Shown here in pieces: positions 51,785 through 60,946 of a stretch of 64,000 bases of DNA. Where the stretch lies: contig CAWBWI010000006.1 of the NCBI GenBank assembly GCA_963792585.1, forward strand, positions 160,001 to 224,000, given 5' to 3'. The notes below the pieces were generated by a model, which saw only the letters and a list, made by a program, of their open reading frames with translations, did no database searches and was not told where the DNA came from. Position numbers and translations under genes: made by a program. Numbering within the stretch: the stretch's first letter is position 1; every line of letters starts with the position of its first letter. This DNA is from Candidatus Eiseniibacteriota bacterium. Its GTDB lineage: Bacteria > Eisenbacteria > RBG-16-71-46 > CAIMUX01 > VGJL01.

Positions 51785-53131
51785 TTAGAGAAGTTTCGCT
51801 GGGGGACGCTGACCCGCCCCAAGGAGAAGAATGAACGGCAGGACCGGCATGCGAAACCGGCTGTTGGAGTCGAATCCCGCGCTCGCCAGGGCCAGGAGGA
51901 GCGCTGAGACCAGCCAGATCGCGCACAACCCATCCCTCCGGCGCCAGGCGCGGAAAGCCCCGATCGCCCCGAGTGCGTAGATGGCCGCGAGCGAGACCAC
52001 GCTCCACGCCAGGAGGAGCCAGCATGCCGAATCTCGATCGCGGGCGGCCGAGGGCATGGTGAACCGTGGGAATTGCAGTCCCGTCTCGCCGGCCTCGATC
52101 CGGTAAGTGGACGCAACCGTGCTGGCATCGCGGTATCCGGATTCGCCAAGCAGAATGCGGCGGAGGGTCCACTCCCCCGGGCCCAGGAGCGTTCTGGCCA
52201 TCCCAACGCCGAGGGTGCGGGCGACGCGCAGAGGATGTCGCGCGATCGCGCCCCCTGCGTCTGCCAGTCCGGAAGCGAGGCCCCGGGTGTCGTAGGTGCT
52301 CGTCTTCATCGGGGCGATCCCGTCCTCGAGATACTGGCTGCCGTGGACGGAGCTCAAGAAGGAGGGAAGGGTCTTGGAGATCTCCCAGAATCCTCCTTCG
52401 ATCCCGTTGCGAACCGACCAGGCTGCCGGCGCGAGGCAGGCCGCGAGCGACCAGACGATCACCTGTTTGCGGTAGATGGGTCGACGCATCACGCAGACGA
52501 GAATCAGGAGCCCTTCGAGACAGGGAACGATGCCGATGGGGCGCACGAGGGTTGCGATTCCCGCGGCGATCCCGGAAAACGCCAGCGTCGGCGTCGAGGG
52601 CCGTCTGATGCCGAGAACGAGCAGCCATGCCGCAGCGACGGTTACGAGGACGTACAGAGGCTCGGTGCCGATGGACATCGTGAGTGCGAGGACAACCGGA
52701 TTCGTGAGGTAGAGGACCCCGATCCCCCAGGGGATGCGCGACCCTTGCCCGCGGGCGGCGTGACCGATCCCGATCGCCGTCGCCAGCCCCATGGCCATCT
52801 GGAGAATCATCGCCAGCCTCAGATTCGCCGGGGACCGCCAAGCGTGCAGGCCGGCTAGCATCAACGGGTAGATCGGCGTGCGATAGAGTTCGGGCTCGCC
52901 GGGATGGTAGTGCGAGAGGAAGCGGTGATCGACGTTGAGAGTGCGGGCCAGGCCGAGATACTCGACCCCGTCGGCGGTGATCGCTCGGGACGGCTCTCGG
53001 ATCACGACCCAACCGACGGCGAGGAGGGCGATGAGCGCCAGGGCGCACATCGTGGCTGAGCCGCTGATTGGCCTCCTGCAGATTTGATGATGCACGGTCG
53101 CCTCCCGTCGATCCGGTGAGAGAGAAGTCAC
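51785..53131 (-). CDS. GT-C (ArnT/PMT-like) membrane glycosyltransferase
   Basis: Motifs DGVEYLGLA, RTPIYP, TEPLY, ATLVRP, WSVRN and RFRMPVLP, with multiple TM helices. The start is uncertain. Confidence 0.7.
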   Translation of the reverse strand: MTSLSPDRREATVHHQICRRPISGSATMCALALIALLAVGWVVIREPSRAITADGVEYLGLARTLNVDHRFLSHYHPGEPELYRTPIYPLMLAGLHAWRSPANLRLAMILQMAMGLATAIGIGHAARGQGSRIPWGIGVLYLTNPVVLALTMSIGTEPLYVLVTVAAAWLLVLGIRRPSTPTLAFSGIAAGIATLVRPIGIVPCLEGLLILVCVMRRPIYRKQVIVWSLAACLAPAAWSVRNGIEGGFWEISKTLPSFLSSVHGSQYLEDGIAPMKTSTYDTRGLASGLADAGGAIARHPLRVARTLGVGMARTLLGPGEWTLRRILLGESGYRDASTVASTYRIEAGETGLQFPRFTMPSAARDRDSACWLLLAWSVVSLAAIYALGAIGAFRAWRRRDGLCAIWLVSALLLALASAGFDSNSRFRMPVLPFILLLGAGQRPPAKLL

Positions 53132-53188
53132 GGCGATGAGGCGATCAGGGTGGAGAAGCGGGATGGGTGCAGCCCATTCGAGGATTGT

Positions 53189-54292
53189 TCAGGGGCCTGT
53201 CAGAATGGATGCATAGACGTTCCGTAACCTTACGGCCCCGCTCTGAATCGAGAATCGATCCGCGATCCGGATCCTCCCCCGGCGGCCCATTTCCTCGGCT
53301 TCCGCCCGGTTCGACAGCAGGCGCACCACCGCATCCGCCAGCGCCCGGGGATCGTCCGAAGGGACCAGAAGTCCGGTCGTGCCGTCTTCCACGACCTCCG
53401 CGAGTCCTTCGACACGAGAAGCCACCACGGGAAGTTCCATCGCCATCGCCTCCGCCGCAGCGATCCCAAAGCCCTCCCACAGCGATGGGAACACTGCCAG
53501 GTCCCAGCTCGCCATTTGCCGCGCGATGTCCGCGTGGGAAACGGAACCGTGGAAATGAACCCTGCCGGCGATCCCGAGTTCCCCGGCTTCCCGCTCGAGC
53601 GATTCTTGGAGATCACCGCGACCGATGATCTCCAGTGAAGCGTCCGGATGGCGATGCAGAATGGTGGAGAAAGCCCGCAGCCCCACGGAATGTCCCTTCT
53701 GGGGATGCAATCGACCCACCATACCGATCCGGGGCGCGCTCGCGAGATCGTCGCGATGAAACCGTATCGCGGATGGATCGAATCGTTCGAGGTCCACGCC
53801 GTTGGGAATGGTGACGATCCGGTCCGCGCGCGCGATCTTCCGATCGATGAGATACGCGCGTACGGCGTCGGAGACGGCGACCACCGTCGCGCAGCGTCGC
53901 GTGAGCCGATTCTCGAGCCGGTACAGGAACGTCTCTTCCTTGTGATCCCACGCGTAGTGGCGCGTCGTGACGACCGGCGTCGATCCCCTCAGCGCGGCGA
54001 CGAGCTTGCCGGCGATCCCGGCGTGAACGAGGTGCGTGTGGACGATGTCGTATCGATGAGCCCGCAGCAGGTGCGTCAATCGACCCAAGAGCATCGGATC
54101 CGGACGCCCACCCCGCGAGAGGTCGAGAATTCGGCACCCCGTTGGCTCCCGTCCCTCCAGCGCGCGCGGGCGGCCCACGAGATAGCCGACGGTGAAGTCA
54201 TCCGACGCGGTTCGCGCATGGCGGAGCAGGTCAAGCAGAGCCGTCTGCGCGCCGTCCGGCTCCAGATTCGTGATGAGGTGGAGGACCCTCAT
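53189..54292 (-). CDS. GT4 family glycosyltransferase
   Basis: Motifs DIVHTH, IPNGVD, VGRLHPQKG and EGFGIAAAEAMAM. Confidence 0.9.
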   Translation of the reverse strand: MRVLHLITNLEPDGAQTALLDLLRHARTASDDFTVGYLVGRPRALEGREPTGCRILDLSRGGRPDPMLLGRLTHLLRAHRYDIVHTHLVHAGIAGKLVAALRGSTPVVTTRHYAWDHKEETFLYRLENRLTRRCATVVAVSDAVRAYLIDRKIARADRIVTIPNGVDLERFDPSAIRFHRDDLASAPRIGMVGRLHPQKGHSVGLRAFSTILHRHPDASLEIIGRGDLQESLEREAGELGIAGRVHFHGSVSHADIARQMASWDLAVFPSLWEGFGIAAAEAMAMELPVVASRVEGLAEVVEDGTTGLLVPSDDPRALADAVVRLLSNRAEAEEMGRRGRIRIADRFSIQSGAVRLRNVYASILTGP

Positions 54293-55521
54293 CGACCGGC
54301 ATCCCCGAGAGATGCCCGGGACGATCGATCAAGCACCTGTCCGGACAATCGCCCGTTCGGACGACCAAGCAATCGATCGTAGAGATCCAGCAGTCGCGCG
54401 GTCCAGTTCGACATCGGGAAGTCGGCAAGGGCACGCGCGCGCCCTGAGCGACCCAGCGCGCGCCGTAGCGTCGGCTCACGCACAAGGCGTGCGAGCGCGG
54501 CCGCCAACGCGCCGGCGTCCCCCGGCGCGGCGAGCAGTCCGTCGACCGAATCGCGGATCGTCTCTCGGATGACCGGCAAGTCGGTCGCCACGACCGGGAG
54601 GCCACGCGCCATCGCCTCGAGAAGCACGAGTCCCTGCCCCTCGAAGTGGGTCGAGAGGACGAAGATGTCCATCTTCGCGTACGCGACCGCCGGGTCGCTC
54701 ATGAATCCCGGGAACGCGACGCGATCTCCCAGGCCGAGCCTGCCTGCGAGATCTTCCGCGGCGACTCGGGTCGGGCCGTCCCCGATCAGGATCAGGCGCG
54801 AGGTGGGATGTTCCTTCAACAAGAGCGCGAAGGCGCGCAGAAGCGTCTCGTGATCCTTCTGCGGTCGAAACCCCGCGATGGAGCCGATGACCACGCCTTC
54901 GCGGCCGGCTGAGGATTCGGGGTTCATTTCCGCATCGGTTGGGATGAGCGGCAGCGCGTTCGGCAGGTGGAGGATCTTCTCCGGGCGCGTCCACCCGCGC
55001 GCCAGCAGCCGGTCGGAGATGTCCCGGCTGACGACGACGTGCGCGTCGACAACCCGCCGGTCCGTGAAGCGCGCGGCGATGCCGGCGGCGATCACCACGG
55101 CGCTCCTCCCGGTGAGCGGCGACAGTGTCTCCCCGTACGCACTACGCACACGGGACGGCGGAAGCAGCAGGCGGGGTGGATTGTGCCAGTGAAAGACGAT
55201 GGGCACGCGCGGGCGCGTCCATCCGCAGGCGAGCGCGAAGGGAAGCGCAAACGAAAAGGACAGGTGGGCGAGATCGATGCGGCGATCGCGCCGGATCCTG
55301 TCGAACTCCCGTGCGAAGCCGTTGCGGGTCGGTCGACGGATCTGGGGGACGACCAGCGTCTCCACACCGTCGCCGACGTCGCGGAGCCATGGCCGCGCCC
55401 GTGGGAAGGCGACGACGAGCCGATCGCCTCGGGCGTGTAGGGCTTTGCCCAGAGCCGACAGATGGTCCACGATGCCGCCGGGGAAGGGCGGCGAGTAATC
55501 GAGGACGTGCAGGATTCTCAT
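54289..55521 (-). CDS. GT4 family glycosyltransferase
   Basis: Motifs PGGI, LPNA, PQKDH and EGQGLVLLEAMARGLPVVAT. ATGA overlap with the next GT. Confidence 0.9.
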   Translation of the reverse strand: MRILHVLDYSPPFPGGIVDHLSALGKALHARGDRLVVAFPRARPWLRDVGDGVETLVVPQIRRPTRNGFAREFDRIRRDRRIDLAHLSFSFALPFALACGWTRPRVPIVFHWHNPPRLLLPPSRVRSAYGETLSPLTGRSAVVIAAGIAARFTDRRVVDAHVVVSRDISDRLLARGWTRPEKILHLPNALPLIPTDAEMNPESSAGREGVVIGSIAGFRPQKDHETLLRAFALLLKEHPTSRLILIGDGPTRVAAEDLAGRLGLGDRVAFPGFMSDPAVAYAKMDIFVLSTHFEGQGLVLLEAMARGLPVVATDLPVIRETIRDSVDGLLAAPGDAGALAAALARLVREPTLRRALGRSGRARALADFPMSNWTARLLDLYDRLLGRPNGRLSGQVLDRSSRASLGDAGR

Positions 55522-55560
55522 GCTGAGGCGACCACTCCCCGTACGACCGATGCCTCCCGC

Positions 55561-56550
55561 CTACAGGCTCCCCAGCAGTTCCTCGTTCGTCTTGAATCGC
55601 TGAAGGAGACCAAGTAGGCCGCTCATCGCCTCGTCGACCTTCTTGCCGGCAAGGACGCGTCGCAGCATGTGGAGTCGCGGGAGCAGATCGGGCCGGACGA
55701 GCTTTTCTTCCTTGCGGCTGCCGCTCTTGGCGATATCGATGCAGGGGAAGATGCGCTTCTCGAATAGGTCGCGCGAGAGGACGAGCTCGGTGTTTCCCGT
55801 CCCCTTGAATTCCTGAAAGATCACCTCGTCCATCCGCGAGCCGGTGTCGACGAGCGCCGTGCCGAGGATCGTGAGGCTCCCGCCCCCTTCGATCTTGCGG
55901 GCCGCGCCGAAGGTCTGCCGCGGGCGCTGCATGGTCGATGCGTCGAGTCCGCCGCTCAGGGTGCGTCCGGATCCCTCGAGAACGTTGTTGTAACCGCGCG
56001 CGAGACGGGTGATCGAGTCGAGGAGCAACAGCACGTCCTCCCCCACCACCACCCGCTCGAGAACCACGGCCATCGCCTCCTCGGCCTTCTCGATGTGCTC
56101 CTGCGCCGAGAGATCGGACGAGGCCGCGTAAACCGTCGCCTTCACGCCCCGCCGGAAGTGGGTCACTTCCTCCGGCCGCTCGTCGACGAGCAAGACATAG
56201 ACGGCCATCTCCGGGTGGTTCTTCTCGACGGAGTTGGCGACGTCCATGAGAAAGGTCGTCTTGCCCGCCTTGGGAGGGGCGACGATCATGCAGCGCTGAC
56301 CCTTTCCGATGGGGGCGATCAAATCGAAAGCCCGCATGGATATTCCGTCGGGGGTCGTCTCGAGAACGATCCGCTCGTAGGGATCCACGCTGGTCCCCTG
56401 CTGCAGTTCCCGGAACAGGCCGTCGAGCACGTCGCGCCGCGAGCGGGCCTGTCCACCACCGCGACGATCACGGTGGTGCTGGGGAGACCCGGCGTGGGAG
56501 CCCGAGCGATTGTGTGGGGGGCGTCTGCGGGGAGGCCGTCCATCAGGCAT
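55561..56550 (-). CDS. rho: Transcription termination factor Rho, short form lacking the N-terminal RNA-binding domain
   Basis: Motifs [51 protein letters not shown] and SGSRKEE. Only 329 aa. Confidence 0.9.
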   Translation of the reverse strand: MPDGRPPRRRPPHNRSGSHAGSPQHHRDRRGGGQARSRRDVLDGLFRELQQGTSVDPYERIVLETTPDGISMRAFDLIAPIGKGQRCMIVAPPKAGKTTFLMDVANSVEKNHPEMAVYVLLVDERPEEVTHFRRGVKATVYAASSDLSAQEHIEKAEEAMAVVLERVVVGEDVLLLLDSITRLARGYNNVLEGSGRTLSGGLDASTMQRPRQTFGAARKIEGGGSLTILGTALVDTGSRMDEVIFQEFKGTGNTELVLSRDLFEKRIFPCIDIAKSGSRKEEKLVRPDLLPRLHMLRRVLAGKKVDEAMSGLLGLLQRFKTNEELLGSL

Positions 56551-56668
56551 GGCCCGAGGCTAGCAGCCACGGGCGGGATCTCCAAGCGGAACAAGCCGCC
56601 TGGCACGAGCAACCATGCGGAGAAAGCGGCCTGTGGCGCCGGTCCCCCAGCGGTTCTAAGCTCGGGCC

Positions 56669-58153
56669 ATGGCATCCCCGCGAGACGATTTGACCGATGT
56701 CCCCGGGTTCCGCGCGGGGAGCGCAGAGGATTCGGATGCCTGCACGGGTTGCACGGTCGTGCTCACTCCCCCGGATGGGGCGGTCGGCGGCGTTCATCAG
56801 ATGGGGGGCGCTCCGGGCACCCGAGAGACCGACCCCCTGCGTCCTCTTCATCTCGTCGATCGGTGCCATGCCGTCCTGTTGGCGGGTGGAAGCGCCTTCG
56901 GTCTCGATGCAGCGGGCGGGGTCGTCCGCTATCTCGAACGCAGGGGGATCGGCTTCGATACGAGCGCGGCGCGGGTCCCGATCGTCCCCGCCGCGGTGAT
57001 CTATGACCTGGGTCTCGGCCGCGCGAACGTGCGTCCGGATGCGGCGATGGGGGAAGCGGCATGCGTCGAAGCGGATCTCGGCGGCCCCGTCCGGCAGGGG
57101 AATGCCGGGGTCGGCTGCGGGGCGAGCGTGGGGAAGATCCACGGCATGGCGTGCGCGATGAAGGGGGGGCTGGGATCCGCGAGCGCCGAGGCGACCTCGG
57201 GCATCTTCGTCGGCGCGCTCGTCGCGGTCAACGCCTTCGGCGATGTGACCGACCGCGAAGCGGGCAGGATTCTCGCGGGCGCCCGGATCCCCGGATCGCG
57301 GGCGGACAAGCCGGCCTTCGCGGACACGGTCGCCGTCCTGAAGGCGCGCGGCGCGCGTGCGCTCGCATTCGGCCCCCAGGCGACGAACACGGTGCTCGCC
57401 ATCGTCGCGACCAACGCCCGCCTCGACAAGGAGGGGGCGAACGTGCTCGCGCAAATGGCCGGTTCGGGTCTGGCACGCGCGGTGCGACCGGTCCACACAC
57501 AGGTCGACGGCGATACGGTCTTCGCGCTCGCATCGGGCGAGCGTGAATGCGACGTGAACCTCCTGGGTGCGGTCGCCGCCGAGCTCGTCGCGTTGGCGAC
57601 GATGCGCGGAGTTCTCACCGCGCGACCTCTCGGCGGCCTCCCCTGCGTGGGAGACTTGCGGAACCCCACCTCGAGCCTGCGCATCCGGAGCGGGAGCGCC
57701 GACGACGCCGGCGCGGCTACGGAGATCGCGCGCGATCTCGGCGAGTGGCTCATCGGTTCCGCGATCGAGACGATCGGGGAGGAAATGGGACGGCACGCGA
57801 GCCTGGTCGCGGAGTCCGCGGGCCGGCCGGTCGGATTCCTGATCCACGGTGAAAGCGACGACCACCACGAGCCCGGCCTCGTGGAGATTCGGTGGCTCGC
57901 GGTGGCGCGCGGAAGTCGCGGGCAGGGGATCGGGCACGCCCTGCTTCGCGCTCTGGAGGATGACGCGCGCGCGCGCGGCGCGACGATGGTCGAGCTGTGG
58001 ACGGTCGCGGAAACCGAGTTCTATCCTCCCTACGCCGACACCCGTGCCTTCTATCGAGCGTGTGGATACGAGGTGTTCTACACCGACGACATCGCGCGGG
58101 AACGCAAGAGCGGCAGCGCGGTCTTCTTCCGCAAGAGGATCGCGAAGGCCTGA
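56669..58153 (+). CDS. P1/DmpA (S58) family peptidase fused to C-terminal GNAT domain
   Basis: Peptidase motifs LTDVPG, GGAPGTRETD, GGSAFGL, GNAGVGCG, MKGGLG, NTVLAIVATNA and DGDTVF, then GNAT motifs RGQGIGHALL and RAFYRACGY. Confidence 0.85.
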   Translation: MASPRDDLTDVPGFRAGSAEDSDACTGCTVVLTPPDGAVGGVHQMGGAPGTRETDPLRPLHLVDRCHAVLLAGGSAFGLDAAGGVVRYLERRGIGFDTSAARVPIVPAAVIYDLGLGRANVRPDAAMGEAACVEADLGGPVRQGNAGVGCGASVGKIHGMACAMKGGLGSASAEATSGIFVGALVAVNAFGDVTDREAGRILAGARIPGSRADKPAFADTVAVLKARGARALAFGPQATNTVLAIVATNARLDKEGANVLAQMAGSGLARAVRPVHTQVDGDTVFALASGERECDVNLLGAVAAELVALATMRGVLTARPLGGLPCVGDLRNPTSSLRIRSGSADDAGAATEIARDLGEWLIGSAIETIGEEMGRHASLVAESAGRPVGFLIHGESDDHHEPGLVEIRWLAVARGSRGQGIGHALLRALEDDARARGATMVELWTVAETEFYPPYADTRAFYRACGYEVFYTDDIARERKSGSAVFFRKRIAKA

Positions 58154-58154
58154 G

Positions 58155-59411
58155 ATGCGCCGCGCGACGCTTGCGCTGATCGCCCTCTCGATCGCTCCCG
58201 TCGCGCACACGGGCGCACCCAGCGTGCAGGCGGTCGCAACCAGCGTGCACGCGGACGCTCCCATCCCGCATGCGGTCACACCCAGCGTGCAGGCAGTCTC
58301 AACCGTCGCGCACGCGGTCGATCCTCTGAACGAGACCTTCGTGCAGGAGAAGCTGGGCGAGCGTGTCGATCGGCTCCTGACCGATTGCGCTGCGGCGGGG
58401 TTCTCGGGCGCGACGCTGATCTATGCCAATGGGATCATCGTCCTGAACAAGGCCTACGGGATCGCCGATCGCGGGAACGGGGCGCCCAACACCGTCACGA
58501 CCCGGTTCCCGCTCGGCACTCTCTCGGAGCAGTTCACGGCGGCAGCGATCCTCCGCCTCGAAGATCTGGGCAAGGTCGCGACCACGGATCGTCTCGAACG
58601 CTACTTTCCCGACGGTGGGGGGCGGCCGGCGCGCGCGACGATACAGGATCTGCTCGCGGATCCTGCCGGCGGTTACGGCGCCCTGGCGGAGATCGTGGAG
58701 CAGGTCTCGGGGCGCTCCTTCGAGGCGTTCGTGACCGATGAGCTGCTCGTCCCCGCGCGGATGCTCGATTCGGGATTCGCCCCACTCCCGCCCGGTGCGC
58801 GCGCGGCGGGAAGGTACACCGACGATCGGAAGGCCTTGGGGACCCGCGTCCACTTCCCCACCTTCCCGCGCGGCGTGCGCCTCTTCGCCGCCTCGTTGTG
58901 CAGCCGCGCGGCGGCCCTGCGCCCTGCACCCGAGCCGGACTACGAGAAGGGGGTCAACGGCATCTACAGCACCACCGCCGATCTCTTCCGATGGGACCTG
59001 GCCCTTCGCGGGACCGCGCTCCTCTCGGAAGACGCGAAGGCGAAGCTCTTCAACCCGTTCACCAACGAACGCGCCTATGGCTGGCGATTCGAGCGGATCT
59101 CGCAGGGCACGCCGCGTCTGAGCGCGACGGGAGGCCGGTCGGGGATCGAGTGCGGGATCTACAGATATCCCGATCGCGGGCTCGTGATCGTGCTGCTCGC
59201 GAACAATGACATGGGATGGCGGGACCCGATCATCCGATCGATCGAGGGTTCGTCAGGTGGTCCGCGGATCGACTGGATCGTCACGGCGGTCGGGGTGATC
59301 GTTCTCTATTTGGTATTACAGGGAGCGCTCCACCGGCGCGTTCCCGACCCCGTGAAGCGGATCCGCCACAGAATCTTCCCGATCGACCGGAGGAAGGGCG
59401 GGTGGCAATGA
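58155..59411 (+). CDS. Beta-lactamase/serine-hydrolase-fold protein, probably catalytically inactive, with C-terminal TM helix
   Basis: Motifs FSGATL, KAYGIAD..PNT..TRF, IVEQVSG, GIYSTTADLFRW, YGW and VIVLLAN. The SxxK site reads TLSE. Confidence 0.75.
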   Translation: MRRATLALIALSIAPVAHTGAPSVQAVATSVHADAPIPHAVTPSVQAVSTVAHAVDPLNETFVQEKLGERVDRLLTDCAAAGFSGATLIYANGIIVLNKAYGIADRGNGAPNTVTTRFPLGTLSEQFTAAAILRLEDLGKVATTDRLERYFPDGGGRPARATIQDLLADPAGGYGALAEIVEQVSGRSFEAFVTDELLVPARMLDSGFAPLPPGARAAGRYTDDRKALGTRVHFPTFPRGVRLFAASLCSRAAALRPAPEPDYEKGVNGIYSTTADLFRWDLALRGTALLSEDAKAKLFNPFTNERAYGWRFERISQGTPRLSATGGRSGIECGIYRYPDRGLVIVLLANNDMGWRDPIIRSIEGSSGGPRIDWIVTAVGVIVLYLVLQGALHRRVPDPVKRIRHRIFPIDRRKGGWQ

Positions 59412-60946
59412 GCTCCCCGAATCCGCCCGATCGGGGCTCGGGGTTCTTGCGGGCGCTCGCCCTCGCGTTCGGCCTGGCGTATGTCGGCGTCTATCTCTTC
59501 CTTGCCGTGCGACGGATGAGCTATCCGTTCGAACTCGAGTGGATGGAGGGCGGCGCGGTCGACCATGTCCGTCGCATCCTGGCGAGCGAGCCGCTGTATG
59601 TCGCACCGTCCCTCGACTTCGTCCCGTACACCTACACGCCGCTCTATTTCTACATCTCCGCCGTTGTGTCGAAGTTGACGGGAGTGGGACTCTTCCCCCT
59701 GCGCCTGGTCTCCTTCCTGGCATCGATCGGATCGCTGGCACTGATTGCGGCCATCGTCCGGCGCCGCACCGGTGGCCCGACCGGCGGTCCAACCGCGCCG
59801 ATTCTCGCGGCTGCACTGTTCGCGGCCACCTTCCGCGCTTCGGGGGCCTGGTTCGACATCGCGCGTGTCGACTCGCTCTTTCTGGTCCTGATTCTCGCCG
59901 CCGTCGCGATCCAGCTGCGATGCGTCCCCGGAGGCGGGACTGTCGGAGCGCCTGCGACCGCCGCGAGCACCTCGAGGATCTCGGACCCTGCCGTGCGCGC
60001 CGGTATCGCGTCCGGCGTCCTCTTGGCCCTCGCCTTCTTCACGAAGCAGGCGGGGCTCTTCATCGGGATCCCGATCGCCGTCGGCGCGATCGTCCTGGAC
60101 CGGCGCATGGGGATCGCGTGCGCGGCGAGCGCCGCGGTTCTGATCGGCGGAGGGATCCTCCTGATCGATCGCGCGAGCGGGGGGTGGTTCACGTTCTATG
60201 TTTTCGATCTGCCCCGATTGCACGGGATCGTGCGCCGAATGCTCCTCGACTTCTGGACGCTCGATCTCGGCCGGCACCTCATCGTCGGCTGCATCCTCGC
60301 CGGATATCTTCTTGCGAGCCGCGTCCTCGGGCGACGGGAGAGAATCTTCTATGCCCTGCTGGCCGTGGGGATGATCGGCGGCACCTATGCGATCCGCGTC
60401 CGCGAGGGAAGCTACGACAATATCCTGATGCCCGCCTACGCACTGATCGCCCTGCTCGCGGGGATCGCGACCCCCGTCGCCGCCCGCCCGACGCGCGCGT
60501 TCCTCGTCTACGGCGCGTGGGTCGCCCAGTTCGCGCTCCTGATCTACAACCCGATCGAGCAGCTGCCCACCACGGCGGATGCGCGCGCCGGCCGCGCGCT
60601 GGTCGCGCGGATCGCGCAGATCGACGGGCCCGTGTTCATCCCCTGTCACGGCTATCTCGCGGCGATGGCGGGCAAACCGACCCACGCGCAGATGATGGCG
60701 CTCGGCGACGTCCTGCGCTGCGATCGCGTCGACGTGCGGGACCGCCTGAACACCGAGGTCTCACAGGCGGTGCGGGAGCATCGATTCGGAATGATCATCC
60801 AGGACGGCGAGTGGCTTCCCGAGATGGAACGTTACTACGTCCCCGTGGGACCGGTCTTCCAAGACGAAACCGTCTTCTGGACGCGAACGGGTCTGCGCAC
60901 GCGCCCCCAGCTGCTGTTCATCCCGCGGTCGCGGTCTTCCTCCTGA
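59408..60946 (+). CDS. GT-C (ArnT-like) membrane glycosyltransferase
   Basis: Motifs [28 protein letters not shown] and FFTKQ, with many TM helices. Confidence 0.7.
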   Translation: MSSPNPPDRGSGFLRALALAFGLAYVGVYLFLAVRRMSYPFELEWMEGGAVDHVRRILASEPLYVAPSLDFVPYTYTPLYFYISAVVSKLTGVGLFPLRLVSFLASIGSLALIAAIVRRRTGGPTGGPTAPILAAALFAATFRASGAWFDIARVDSLFLVLILAAVAIQLRCVPGGGTVGAPATAASTSRISDPAVRAGIASGVLLALAFFTKQAGLFIGIPIAVGAIVLDRRMGIACAASAAVLIGGGILLIDRASGGWFTFYVFDLPRLHGIVRRMLLDFWTLDLGRHLIVGCILAGYLLASRVLGRRERIFYALLAVGMIGGTYAIRVREGSYDNILMPAYALIALLAGIATPVAARPTRAFLVYGAWVAQFALLIYNPIEQLPTTADARAGRALVARIAQIDGPVFIPCHGYLAAMAGKPTHAQMMALGDVLRCDRVDVRDRLNTEVSQAVREHRFGMIIQDGEWLPEMERYYVPVGPVFQDETVFWTRTGLRTRPQLLFIPRSRSSS

